64,000 nt of DNA from Vulcanimicrobiota bacterium (GTDB taxonomy: Bacteria; Vulcanimicrobiota; Vulcanimicrobiia; Vulcanimicrobiales; Vulcanimicrobiaceae): the NCBI GenBank assembly GCA_963833095.1, contig CAWHWQ010000005.1:224001-288000 (forward strand). The letters run 5' to 3'. Below the pieces are notes generated by a model. The model was not told where the DNA came from. It saw only the letters and a list, made by a program, of their open reading frames with translations, and did not search any database. Positions 10,366 to 19,910 of this stretch are shown piece after piece. The stretch's first letter is position 1. Each line of letters starts with the position of its first letter. A program made the translations under genes and the position numbers.

Positions 10366-11076
10366 GTGTCCTCTTCTACCGATCGCGTATCGCTGAGTGT
10401 TTCAGACGGAACCACGATGAGCGCCTATGTCTCACGTCCAAAATCCGGCACGCCTACTGCCGGTATGCTGGTCTTTCAGGAGGCCTTTGGCGTGAACGCG
10501 TATATGCGCGACGTCACGGACCGCTTCGCGGCACTCGGATTCTTGGGAATTACACCCGAGCTGTTTCACCGCACCGGCCCCGGTTTTGAGGGCAGCTATA
10601 CCGATTTCGAGGCGGTTCGTCCGCACATGGCTGCGCTGACCACCGATGGACTGCGCGCGGACATCGACGCGGCGTACACGTGGCTACGCGGACAGGGCAT
10701 CGATGCCCCGCGAATCGGTGCCATTGGATTCTGCATGGGTGGGCGAGTCGCATACATAGCAAACGAACGCGTGCAACTCGGCGCGGCGATTTCGTTCTAT
10801 GGGGGTGGCATTGTGCCGGATCTTCTTCCCCTGGCACAAGCGCAACGTGCGCCGATCCTGATGTTTTGGGGAGGCCTCGATGCGCATATACTACCCGAGC
10901 AGTACCGCGCGGTCGCCGATGCGCTCACGGCGGCGAAGGCAACTCACGAGCAAGTTGTGTTCAGCCAAGCCGATCACGGCTTCTTCTGCGACGCGCGCGC
11001 GAGCTACAACGAGATCGCCTCACGCCAGGCAATGGCGCTGGTCAACGCGTTTCTCGATGCGTACGGCTTGTTATAG
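10366..11076 (+). CDS. Dienelactone hydrolase family protein
   Basis: QEAFGVN, GFCMGG and ADHGFFCD motifs; AAGGAG RBS before GTG 10366. Confidence 0.93.
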   Translation: MSSSTDRVSLSVSDGTTMSAYVSRPKSGTPTAGMLVFQEAFGVNAYMRDVTDRFAALGFLGITPELFHRTGPGFEGSYTDFEAVRPHMAALTTDGLRADIDAAYTWLRGQGIDAPRIGAIGFCMGGRVAYIANERVQLGAAISFYGGGIVPDLLPLAQAQRAPILMFWGGLDAHILPEQYRAVADALTAAKATHEQVVFSQADHGFFCDARASYNEIASRQAMALVNAFLDAYGLL

Positions 11077-12316
11077 CGGCATGTAGCGCTTCACGAATGC
11101 GCGCGACGAACGGCCGCTTGTAGGCAAAGACGTCGCGCGCGTCCTCATCATGCACGAGCATTGCCGCATCGGCTTCAAAGACGAAAAGCTGCCCGTCGGG
11201 GAGCACCGTAGCGTCGATCCCGAAGTAATCGAGTCCCACCGCGCGTGCGATTTGCGGCATCACCCGATCCCACGACGCCATCATTCGCGCCGGCGCTTCG
11301 AGAAAGCGCCGCTCCTCGTCGCGAAGTGCGCGCGATTCGCGCATTGGACTACTTTGATAGTGCACCATCCACTGTGGCGCGATCGCAAGGTGGTACGGAT
11401 AGGCCACGCCGTCGACGAAAATCGCCCGAAACTTTCGATAAAGTCCGTCAGGGCTGCGGTAGTCAAGAAACCGTGAAACGTAATAGCGTTCGGCCGGGAA
11501 TCGCTGCACATGCCGTTGGAGGTCGGGCGCTTCGGCCACGTGCGCAAAACCATCACCCGCATGGGTATCGATCGGACGAACCAGTGCGGGCAGCTCGATC
11601 GAGCGGACTTGCGCGCTCGTAACGATCGTTGCGTCGGCCGGCACGATGCCGTCAATCCCGGCGAGCGTGCGCGCCAGTGATTCACGCGCTGTCCCGTGCA
11701 ACCGGCCCGGGTCGTTGAGCGACGATTGCGCTCCATCGAGAAAGGCGACCGCGCGGCGGGCCGCATCACGCGCGGCGTTGGCAGCACCGAACGCGCAAAA
11801 TGCAAGGGCAAAGGGTGGTAATGCCGGCTGTGCCTCGCCCTCGACGTAGTATTTGTGGACCGCGAAGCGCGAGCGATCGAGCAAAAGCTCGAGCGGAGCG
11901 TTGACGCTGTAGGGCGCATCGCGCAACAACAAGAGGATCGGCGTCCGGTTGCCGACCGGCAATGGATCGGGATAGACGCGCTGTAGCGCAAGCGCCAGCG
12001 CGCGATGCTCGTGGCTTGTCGGCGCGTCGTCGAGCACGTGCGCGATTTCGCCGCATGCCCAGTGCGCGAGCGCGGCGGACGGATCCAAATCGGCTGCAGC
12101 ACGATACGCCTCGAGCGCATCGACGTAGCGCCCGCGACGAACCAAGACGTTCCCGAGCATTGCCAAATCGTGTGAGGCGGCATCTCCGCCGGAGCAGCGC
12201 GACGAAAGCTCGCGCTGGGCTTCGTCAATACCGCGAAACGAGGTGAGCGCCGGCGGTGCAACCGAGTGCTCCACCAGTTCAGGAAACCGCAAGTCGATCA
12301 TGCTATCATGGTGCAC
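11042..12316 (-). CDS. TPR-containing protein with C-terminal ATP-grasp-like region
   Basis: N-terminal TPR-like helices (LGNVLVRRGRYVDALEAYRAA); C-terminal GLDYFGID...VFEAD. Start could be 12301. Confidence 0.65.
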   Translation of the reverse strand: MHHDSMIDLRFPELVEHSVAPPALTSFRGIDEAQRELSSRCSGGDAASHDLAMLGNVLVRRGRYVDALEAYRAAADLDPSAALAHWACGEIAHVLDDAPTSHEHRALALALQRVYPDPLPVGNRTPILLLLRDAPYSVNAPLELLLDRSRFAVHKYYVEGEAQPALPPFALAFCAFGAANAARDAARRAVAFLDGAQSSLNDPGRLHGTARESLARTLAGIDGIVPADATIVTSAQVRSIELPALVRPIDTHAGDGFAHVAEAPDLQRHVQRFPAERYYVSRFLDYRSPDGLYRKFRAIFVDGVAYPYHLAIAPQWMVHYQSSPMRESRALRDEERRFLEAPARMMASWDRVMPQIARAVGLDYFGIDATVLPDGQLFVFEADAAMLVHDEDARDVFAYKRPFVARIREALHAAITSRTHRETR

Positions 12317-12317
12317 A

Positions 12318-12704
12318 ATGCTTCTTGCGCTGTTACTTGCCCTCGTTCATCCCAGCTTGACGTCGGCGGTCGCGCAAGCAACGCCCACGCCGACAACGCT
12401 GACGTACCGAACCTACATTCGCCCGCGCTTCGAGTCGTTCGGTTACGCCGGCGAAATGCGCATCACAATCGTTGATGGTTACGTGAACGGAACGTACCGT
12501 CCCGACACGGGTGGCACGCTAACTCCGGTTCGCGGAGGAAGCCAAGGATCGGATATCTGGTTCGATATCGCGACCCTTGGCGGCGTCCACATCCAAGGAA
12601 CGGTGAAGGGTGACGGGACGATCACGGGCGTCGGCGCGCCGGCCGGCCCGTCGGGCAAGCAGTACGTGTTTACCGCGAAGCCCGAAGCGTCACCCTCGCC
12701 TTAG
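12318..12704 (+). CDS. Hypothetical secreted protein
   Basis: Signal-like N-terminus MLLALLLALVHPSL; extended -10 (TGcTATCAT) 8 nt upstream. Confidence 0.65.
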   Translation: MLLALLLALVHPSLTSAVAQATPTPTTLTYRTYIRPRFESFGYAGEMRITIVDGYVNGTYRPDTGGTLTPVRGGSQGSDIWFDIATLGGVHIQGTVKGDGTITGVGAPAGPSGKQYVFTAKPEASPSP

Positions 12705-13234
12705 ACCGGCAGGGACGGATGCGCGTCGTGCACGGCTTTCCATGACGCGTAGAAGGCCAGCGCCGCGGTCAAGATACCAGCGTAGCCGCCGAATTGGATC
12801 ATCGAGGGTACGCCGAAACCCGCACCGATCCAAAGCAGGATGAACGTGATCGACAGCACGATGAAGACCAGCTTCACCGGCAGCGCCGTATGGCGGACCG
12901 CTTCGATCGTCATGTACAGCGTGAAGATCATCCATGCGAAGAGAATGTAGGCGAGATCGTTCGGGTTCTTCGGAGTGACGAACATCGCCCAGAATCCCGT
13001 GCCCATCCAGAACGCACCATACGACGTAAAGGCTAGCGCGCCAAAGGTGTTCCCCGAGGGGAACTCCCACATGCCGGCCAGCAGCTGCGCTGCGCCGCCG
13101 TAGAAGAACGCGAATCCGAGAAACGCGTCGCCGACGGGCATTCCCGCGTTCTTTGCTGAGAGCAAGAAGGTCGTAAGTGCAAAGCCAGCGAGCCCTAACG
13201 CGGCCGGGTTCGCTATTTTCGGTGGTGATACCAT
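12701..13234 (-). CDS. satP: Acetate uptake transporter (SatP/YaaH/GPR1-FUN34 family)
   Basis: ANPAALGLAGF and GNTFGALAFTSYGAFW motifs; six TM segments. Confidence 0.9.
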   Translation of the reverse strand: MVSPPKIANPAALGLAGFALTTFLLSAKNAGMPVGDAFLGFAFFYGGAAQLLAGMWEFPSGNTFGALAFTSYGAFWMGTGFWAMFVTPKNPNDLAYILFAWMIFTLYMTIEAVRHTALPVKLVFIVLSITFILLWIGAGFGVPSMIQFGGYAGILTAALAFYASWKAVHDAHPSLPV

Positions 13235-13370
13235 ATGAAAAAGGCCTCCACGAAAAGTTGCAGTGTGTAGAATAGAGCAATATACAAAAACGCGGGCCCA
13301 CCTGCTTGGGGAATCGAGCGCCGGGGAGCGCCGCGAATAACCGCGAAGCACCTTAGACGGAGGCCGCCCG

Positions 13371-13844
13371 ATGTCGAAGCTGCGCACGCGCGATGGGCTC
13401 GCGGAACTGCAATCCGCGGTGTGGATCTTGCATGCAACGCTCGATCCGCTCGAGACGCTGGCCGGCTGTGGGCACGGAGCGCAGACACAAGACCATTTTG
13501 CGCTGCGCCTGCGCGGGGGTACGCGCGGCGCGGCAATCGAAGCGCGATTTCGCTTTATTGCGGATGGGCGCAACGCGCGTGCGCTTGCGTTCACGTGGAC
13601 GCACGACGATGACGCACCGCTGCCTTCCATGAGCGGCACGATTTCATTTCGGCGGATCGGCCCGCTGCTGATCCTCTCGGTCCACGCGCACTATGCGTGC
13701 GGGCTCGATGTCCCCGAACGGCTCTTCTTCGAAGCCGTTGGTCGCAAGCTCGCAGAGCGGACATTCGCAGGTCTGCGGCGAGCGCTCGTGTATCTGTTGC
13801 AGCATCTCCCATCGCGCTGCATGCACGAGGACCCGTCTGGCTGA
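13371..13844 (+). CDS. Hypothetical protein
   Basis: GGAGG RBS upstream; overlaps the next gene. Confidence 0.55.
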   Translation: MSKLRTRDGLAELQSAVWILHATLDPLETLAGCGHGAQTQDHFALRLRGGTRGAAIEARFRFIADGRNARALAFTWTHDDDAPLPSMSGTISFRRIGPLLILSVHAHYACGLDVPERLFFEAVGRKLAERTFAGLRRALVYLLQHLPSRCMHEDPSG

Positions 13845-16395
13845 GCTCGTCCCCCGCCCACGCGTCGAGCGGCGACTGCTCGAAGCGGTTGCACGCGCGC
13901 CGCTAACACTCGTCCAAGCGCCAATGGGCGCCGGCAAGAGTGTGGCCGCGGCGCTCGCCTTTGGGCCCGACTCCGGCACGGTATGGCTCGACGCGCGGCC
14001 GTGGCATCGCGCAGCTTTTGCAACCGCGCTGGTCGACTCCGTGCGATCGCTCCGCCCCGAATTCGGACGTCTGACACTGGGCGCGTTCGAAGCGCAAGCA
14101 TCGGCGCAGCACGTTGGCCGAACCTTTGCGTCCGAACTTGCCCACGTCAATCGTCCGCTCACGCTCATCATCGACAATGCGCAGACGCTCACCGCCGACA
14201 GTTCCTTCGCAGAATTCCTCGACGGAGCCATCGGCGAACTCCCTTCGTTCGTGCACGTCCTCGTGCTCGGACGCGCGGTTCCGGAGGTTGCTCCCGCTAC
14301 GGCGCTTGCTGCAGGGGTCGCGATCCTGGACGGGAGCTTTCTTGCACTCGACGCGGAAGAATTACGCGCGCTCGCGCGCGCCTTCGGTCGCGAACTCGAC
14401 GACGACGAACTGGAGCACACCGCGCGTCTCACTGAAGGCTGGGTGGCCGGCGCGGCGCTGGCGCTTGCCGGTTGGCGCGAACCGGAGCTCGCCAAACAGA
14501 TTCTCTCCGAGCTCGGGCCGGAGAACCTTCGTGTGCTCGAAGAACTCAGCGTGTTGCAAACGATCGACGCCGGCATGTTAGCGCGGCACGACGTCTTCGG
14601 CGGCGTTCGCCAATCGCTGACCGACATGCTTGCGCGCGGCGCACCGATCACCGAGATAGGAAACGGCAGGTACCGCGTGCATCCACTCGTGCGAGACCTG
14701 GCACGCACCCAGTTGCGCGCGCGTGACGGCGAGGCCGCTGCGCACCGTCACGCCGCCGAAGCGCATGCGGGAACGGGCCATCTCGCCGCCGCGCTGCATC
14801 ACGCCGATTCCGCGGGCGACGCGGCGACGGCGGGCGCGTTCTTGCGGCTGCACGCGCAAGCCGCGATCGCCACCGGAGACCGCGCGCGTGTGCGATCGCT
14901 TGCCATGCGGATTGACCCTTGCGGACCCGATAACGATGTACGCTGGTACACCGAAGGCTTGCTCGACAAAGCAGCGGCCTCCTCACAAGCACGGGGCGCC
15001 TTTGCGCAAGCTGCAATAGCAGCGGCCGACTCCCACGACGACGCGATTGCCTTCGACGCGCGCGCGCAGATGCTCGAATACGACATCGGCCATTTGGTCG
15101 CGATCGACGCGCGAGAACTCGACGACTTGGAACATCGCGCCGCATCGGTCGGTTCCGGGGCGCCCATCACAGTGGCAGTGTTGCGCGGCTGGGCGCGTGC
15201 CGTCGCGTTTGATTTTCGAGCGGCGCTCGACGAGCTTGCGCAGCTCGGCGACATTCCCGATGCGGCCGCGCGTTTCAATAGCGCGATTCTTCGCGCCTAC
15301 GCGCAAACGGCACTGGGCGAGATCGACGCCGCACAGGACACGCTCGACGAACTCACGCGACTGCTCGAAGATGACGACCGCGCTGTCCTTCAAACGTTAA
15401 CGCTGGTGTGGTTCGCGCGACTTGCGCTTCTGTGGGGACGTACGAATGCCGCCGCTGATTCGGCAGGGCAGGCGGCACGCCTCGCCGCCGCGCTCGATCT
15501 GCGAGCTGAGGAGGCGGCGCTCTATATCGCGCTTGCCGAGATCGCGACGCATAACGGCGATGTCGAGAGCGCAGTGCGTCATGCACAGCGAGCGCTCGAA
15601 CACGCAGATCGCGCCTGGTATGCCGCCGACGTCGCGCGCGTTCGCGCTTTTTCGGAAATAGTGCTCGCCCGCGCAGCATTTCTGGGCCACGACAATGCCA
15701 TCGCGCTCGACTTGGCGCAACGGGCCGCAAAGCATCCCGACGTTCCCGCCGTGCAACAGGCGATCGCGCTGACCGAAGCCGCATTCTACGCGTTGCTGTA
15801 CAAGCCCGAATCGGCGGCGGACCTCATCGCTCGCGCGCACGACGCAATCGCGCAAGCGCGGCCCCTCGACGCCTACGATGCGGTTGGCCTCGCGCACGCG
15901 CACGAGCTCCTGGCATTTCTTGCCGCGGCAAACGGCGAAACACCGCGTGAATCGCCGGCGGCGTGCGCGCCCTTTGCGGGACTACTGGCGCAGCGTGGCG
16001 GCCTGGTCTCGCTGGAGCTTGCCGGCGTCGCGGTCGGCAACGCGCGCCGCGGTGAAAGCCGTGGCACGACCGCGTTCGAAACTGCGCTCGATTTGCTGAC
16101 ACGCGAGGGACCGCGCTTTGAGGCGCGCCTCGCGCGCGCTTACGCTTCCACGTTTATTCGGCCCAGACGTCGCGCCGAAGTGCAACCGCACACCGTGGAC
16201 CTCACTGCGCGCGAACGCGAAATTCTTGCCTTGCTCGTGGACGGTCTCAGCAATAAGGAGATTGCGCAACGGCTAGTCGTTAGTCCGCGCACAATCGAGA
16301 CGCACGTCGAGCGCGTGCTCGGCAAGCTCGAGGTCGGGTCGCGCTCGCGCGCGATCGCCAAGGCGTTGCGCTTGGGCCTGGTGAGTTTGGAGTAG
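13837..16395 (+). CDS. MalT-like large LuxR-family transcriptional regulator
   Basis: LVPRPRV, Walker A APMGAGKS, TEGW, YRVHPL and a C-terminal LuxR HTH (LTAREREIL...GLSNKEIA). Probable CTG start at 13837 after GAGGA. Confidence 0.88.
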   Translation: MAELVPRPRVERRLLEAVARAPLTLVQAPMGAGKSVAAALAFGPDSGTVWLDARPWHRAAFATALVDSVRSLRPEFGRLTLGAFEAQASAQHVGRTFASELAHVNRPLTLIIDNAQTLTADSSFAEFLDGAIGELPSFVHVLVLGRAVPEVAPATALAAGVAILDGSFLALDAEELRALARAFGRELDDDELEHTARLTEGWVAGAALALAGWREPELAKQILSELGPENLRVLEELSVLQTIDAGMLARHDVFGGVRQSLTDMLARGAPITEIGNGRYRVHPLVRDLARTQLRARDGEAAAHRHAAEAHAGTGHLAAALHHADSAGDAATAGAFLRLHAQAAIATGDRARVRSLAMRIDPCGPDNDVRWYTEGLLDKAAASSQARGAFAQAAIAAADSHDDAIAFDARAQMLEYDIGHLVAIDARELDDLEHRAASVGSGAPITVAVLRGWARAVAFDFRAALDELAQLGDIPDAAARFNSAILRAYAQTALGEIDAAQDTLDELTRLLEDDDRAVLQTLTLVWFARLALLWGRTNAAADSAGQAARLAAALDLRAEEAALYIALAEIATHNGDVESAVRHAQRALEHADRAWYAADVARVRAFSEIVLARAAFLGHDNAIALDLAQRAAKHPDVPAVQQAIALTEAAFYALLYKPESAADLIARAHDAIAQARPLDAYDAVGLAHAHELLAFLAAANGETPRESPAACAPFAGLLAQRGGLVSLELAGVAVGNARRGESRGTTAFETALDLLTREGPRFEARLARAYASTFIRPRRRAEVQPHTVDLTAREREILALLVDGLSNKEIAQRLVVSPRTIETHVERVLGKLEVGSRSRAIAKALRLGLVSLE

Positions 16396-16396
16396 A

Positions 16397-16422
16397 CACG
16401 CCGCGGATCTCGCCGCGGCGTG
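16397..16422. terminator. Hairpin between convergent genes
   Basis: CACGCCGCGG-ATCTCG-CCGCGGCGTG, a perfect 10-bp stem; no clear U tract. Confidence 0.5.
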
Positions 16423-16432
16423 CCGTTACTCG

Positions 16433-18403
16433 CTAGTCGTCGCTGTCGTTACGTACCGGTAGTGCTTGCGCGGTCGGATCGCCCAACAGCGCTTGATGCA
16501 GATACCAGCCCGCCGTTTCGTAGCCCGGCGGAAGCGGCGCGGGCGCCGGGATCGGTGTAATCCCGAGCGTCGCGCAACTTATGCTCGGCGTGCTGCTTGG
16601 CGCGGCGATCGTCGCCATCGACGCCGGATTTGGAGCCGACGTGCCGGCGAGTTTTCCGGCGTCGAGCGCGTCGGTGAGATCCGAGGTTTGCGGATTGGCG
16701 TCTGCAGGAGCCAATCCGGCGAGATCGCCTTTGAGCGCGTCCGGCATCCAGCCGAAGCCGGGCAGTCCGAACACGGTCTCGATGAACTTCGACACTGAGC
16801 CGTGATCGGCATAGTCATGCACGACTACGCCGGTCTTGGAGAACGGCGAGATAATGAACGCGGGTAAACGCACGCCGTTACCGCACGCGTAACCCGCTTC
16901 AGGTCCGGTTTGGTCTTGCGGGCAGGTGCGTCCGAAGCTCGGCGGAGGAGCGTGGTCGTAGAAACCGCCGCTGTCGTCCCACGTGACGATGATCACTGAG
17001 TCTTTCCAGTACTTGCTCGATGCAATCGCATTGATCACTTGCGCGAGATAGGCTTCCGCGACAGCATGGTCGGAGCTGCCGCTCCCCGGATGATCGTCAT
17101 CGCCGACATAATATTGCTTGCCGGTTGAATTACTGGTGAAGATCGGGTCGGCCGGCCGTAGTCCGTACGTGTTCGCGTTGCCGCCCTTGACCCAGAAGAC
17201 GCCTTCTGGGGGCAGTGACCCGTTCTGAATATCGGAGATCAAACCACTGCTCGACGTATTGTCTCGCAACGAGCTCGTCGTTGCGTACGGCGACCCGGCG
17301 TGATTGATGTAGTCGAAGTAGAGCGGCGCGGTGTGATGCGCACTGAACCCGTTTGCGCCGGTAGCGAGGCCTTCTTCATACCAGGCCCACGAGATCGACG
17401 GGCGATAGAACGCGCTCGACTCGAGCGCAATAGAATTGCGAATGAGCCCGAGATCGTTGGCTTTGAGTGCTTGCTGATCCATCGTCGGATCGAGCAGCAC
17501 CGGCATTGTCACATAGCTCTGGTAGGTGCTGTTGTCAGGCGAGTAGGGACCCACGAACGAAAGATTCGACGCCGGCGGATTGTTATCGTTGGAGATCGGC
17601 ACGCCGTCGCTGTAACCGCCGCCCGCTACGGGGACCGAGGGCGTACCTTCGCCGGCCGCCGCTTCCGTCTGGCCGATCTGGCCTGCGAAGAGCTGAATGT
17701 TACCGGGTGTCGATTGACCAGTGTCGGCTTGGAAGTAGTGATCGAAGAGCGCGAAGTTCTTCGCATAGTACCAGAGATACGGCACGGTGTCGCAGTCGTA
17801 CACGCCTTCAATGCCGATCGCTTCGTTATGCGCTTGTATTTGCGCGGGGCTCGGCGTCGGTCCGAGCGGCGGCGTTCCCGTTTCAATATCGGAAAGAAAG
17901 CCGTCCATGCGACCGTGGTCGATGCCGGCCTCTTGGTCGTTGCGGTCGTTTGCGCCCCCGGTAATATCGGGAGCGTCCGCGACGTAGTTTGGACTCCTCG
18001 GGTTTGCCGAGATCAAGAACGGCCGTTGACAGCCGCCGGCCACCGGATCCGGTTCGCAATCATCGGCACGCGCGGTGGCGCTTGCGAGATTCTCGACCGA
18101 TTGGCCGTTGACGCCGGGAAAGAGCCCAAAGTATGAATCAAAGGTGTGATTCTCTTGAATCAGTACGAACACGTGCTTGACCTTGGCGTGCACCAAGGCC
18201 TCGATATTGGTAGATCCCCGGGGGCCGTAGCGGCCGGCGATCTGAGCCTCTTCGGCTTGCGCGCTCTGCGGTTGTGTGACCGACGCGACTCCCGCGGCGC
18301 CGCCGGTGATGCTGTTTGCAACACCGCCCGCTCCGCCGCCACCGCACCCGGTAAGTAACCACGACGACGTCAAGACGACAAGACCCGCAGCTAAACGACG
18401 CAT
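16433..18403 (-). CDS. Phospholipase C / phosphoesterase family lipoprotein
   Basis: Lipobox LTGC; VKHVFVLIQENHTFDSYFG, TWDDSGGFYDH and GVRLP-ISPFSK motifs. Confidence 0.88.
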   Translation of the reverse strand: MRRLAAGLVVLTSSWLLTGCGGGGAGGVANSITGGAAGVASVTQPQSAQAEEAQIAGRYGPRGSTNIEALVHAKVKHVFVLIQENHTFDSYFGLFPGVNGQSVENLASATARADDCEPDPVAGGCQRPFLISANPRSPNYVADAPDITGGANDRNDQEAGIDHGRMDGFLSDIETGTPPLGPTPSPAQIQAHNEAIGIEGVYDCDTVPYLWYYAKNFALFDHYFQADTGQSTPGNIQLFAGQIGQTEAAAGEGTPSVPVAGGGYSDGVPISNDNNPPASNLSFVGPYSPDNSTYQSYVTMPVLLDPTMDQQALKANDLGLIRNSIALESSAFYRPSISWAWYEEGLATGANGFSAHHTAPLYFDYINHAGSPYATTSSLRDNTSSSGLISDIQNGSLPPEGVFWVKGGNANTYGLRPADPIFTSNSTGKQYYVGDDDHPGSGSSDHAVAEAYLAQVINAIASSKYWKDSVIIVTWDDSGGFYDHAPPPSFGRTCPQDQTGPEAGYACGNGVRLPAFIISPFSKTGVVVHDYADHGSVSKFIETVFGLPGFGWMPDALKGDLAGLAPADANPQTSDLTDALDAGKLAGTSAPNPASMATIAAPSSTPSISCATLGITPIPAPAPLPPGYETAGWYLHQALLGDPTAQALPVRNDSDD

Positions 18404-18579
18404 ACTGTCGCTACCTCCAATCTGAAGCGAAACGGGTATGCGTCAAATCTAGTAAAATGCGCGGAGGGTTAGTAGTCGGACCAATAATCGCGCGTTAACG
18501 TTCGAAGCGATTGCATCACGCAAACATAATAAAGCACTCCAACGAACGACAGCGAACGAGCGAGCCCTGTTTTGCTAAA

Positions 18580-19269
18580 CTACAGACGATTGCTGAAGTT
18601 GTCGCCCGTCATCCGCGCGCTGGAGAGATCGACCGTTGACAGGTCGACGCCATGAAAGTTGCAGCCGACGAGCGCGGCGTCTTGGAGTCGTGCGCCGGCC
18701 AGCTGAGCGCCGGAAAAATTCACACCGGTGAACACCGCACCGCGCAGGTCCGCCCCGCGAAGGTTTGCTTGCGCAAAGTTCGCGCCGGTCAATTTGATAT
18801 TCGTCAGAGTACGACCGGGCAGATCCGACTGCGCAAAGTTGCAACCCGTGCAGTCGCTCATGATGGCGCGAATTTGCGCCTCGGAGACCGGCCGCAGCGT
18901 CGCGCCCGGCAGGCTGATGCCCACGCCGTGAACGCCGTCGAACGCGACATTCTCGAGCCGCGCATCGGCAAAGTCAACCCCGTAGAGCTCGGCGCCGCGC
19001 AGATCCGCGCCGCGTAAATCCGCGCCACGCAAATCGATACATTTCAAATGCGCGTTACGCAAGTTGACGTTTTGCAGATTCGCGCCGCGAAGATCGGTAT
19101 TTTCGAGGTGCTGCCCGCGCAAGTCGCGGCCGGCCCAATTCGCGTTCTGCGCATCGGTTATGACGCAATTGTGGCTCGCGTCGTCGTAATTGCCCGCGAC
19201 TGCCGCACCGTGCAACGTCCCCGCGAGACACCCGAGTAAACAAGCCAGACTCACTGCCAGAATTCGCAC
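18580..19269 (-). CDS. Secreted pentapeptide-repeat protein
   Basis: Signal peptide and many A(D/N)LRG repeats. Confidence 0.9.
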   Translation of the reverse strand: MRILAVSLACLLGCLAGTLHGAAVAGNYDDASHNCVITDAQNANWAGRDLRGQHLENTDLRGANLQNVNLRNAHLKCIDLRGADLRGADLRGAELYGVDFADARLENVAFDGVHGVGISLPGATLRPVSEAQIRAIMSDCTGCNFAQSDLPGRTLTNIKLTGANFAQANLRGADLRGAVFTGVNFSGAQLAGARLQDAALVGCNFHGVDLSTVDLSSARMTGDNFSNRL

Positions 19270-19298
19270 GGCAACCTCCGGAACTAAATTCTTAGTTG

Positions 19299-19327
19299 AT
19301 GATACCGCGCGGGGAGGGGCTTGTCAA
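19299..19327 (-). promoter_or_regulatory. Sigma70-type promoter for the pentapeptide-repeat gene
   Basis: Minus strand TTGACA (19327-19322), 17-nt spacer, TATCAT (19304-19299). Confidence 0.7.
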
Positions 19328-19348
19328 CTAATTCTTAAAGTGAGGGCG

Positions 19349-19906
19349 GTGGAAACCGGACTGCGCGTACTCGGCGTCGCCCTTGCTATTGGGCTCGACG
19401 TGCTCGCGCTCTCGATCGCAATCGGTATCAAAGAGCCTCCCTGGCGGCAGCGCGCGCGCCTCGGGGTCGCCTTCTCGTCAGCCGAGATTCTTATGCAGAT
19501 CCTCGGGCTCACGCTGGGCACGGGACTTGGGCGTCTCGTCGGCACGATTGCGACTTGGATCGGCCTGGTCGTGCTCGCGGGAATCGGCGCCTGGATTCTA
19601 CGCGAAGGATTCTCCCACGAAGCGGATCGCGAGTTCAACGTCAACACGCTCGGCGGTCTTCTTCTCGCTTCGCTATCGATCAGTCTCGATTCGCTCGGGG
19701 TCGGCTTCGCGTTACCGGCGCTGCACTTGCCGATCGTGCCACTGCTCTGCACCGTGGCCGTCTCGACGGTGTGCTTTACGCTCGCGGGCCTCGCCTTCGG
19801 CGCGATGCTGGGTCACGTCTTCGAAAAGAACGCAGAGAAAGCCGCCGGCATCGTATTGATCGCGCTTGCCGCGATCTTTGCCGCGCAGCAACTACACGGC
19901 GGCTGA
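19349..19906 (+). CDS. mntP: Manganese efflux pump MntP family protein
   Basis: Two DUF204-type repeats (IGLDVLALS, ISLDSLGVG); six TM segments. Confidence 0.8.
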   Translation: METGLRVLGVALAIGLDVLALSIAIGIKEPPWRQRARLGVAFSSAEILMQILGLTLGTGLGRLVGTIATWIGLVVLAGIGAWILREGFSHEADREFNVNTLGGLLLASLSISLDSLGVGFALPALHLPIVPLLCTVAVSTVCFTLAGLAFGAMLGHVFEKNAEKAAGIVLIALAAIFAAQQLHGG

Positions 19907-19910
19907 GGCG

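Noticed and set aside
18404..18579. AT-richer intergenic region as a possible ncRNA or riboswitch
   Set aside because: No convincing stems or known motifs found by eye.
18580..19269. Periodic 15-nt DNA repeats
   Set aside because: Explained by pentapeptide-repeat coding.
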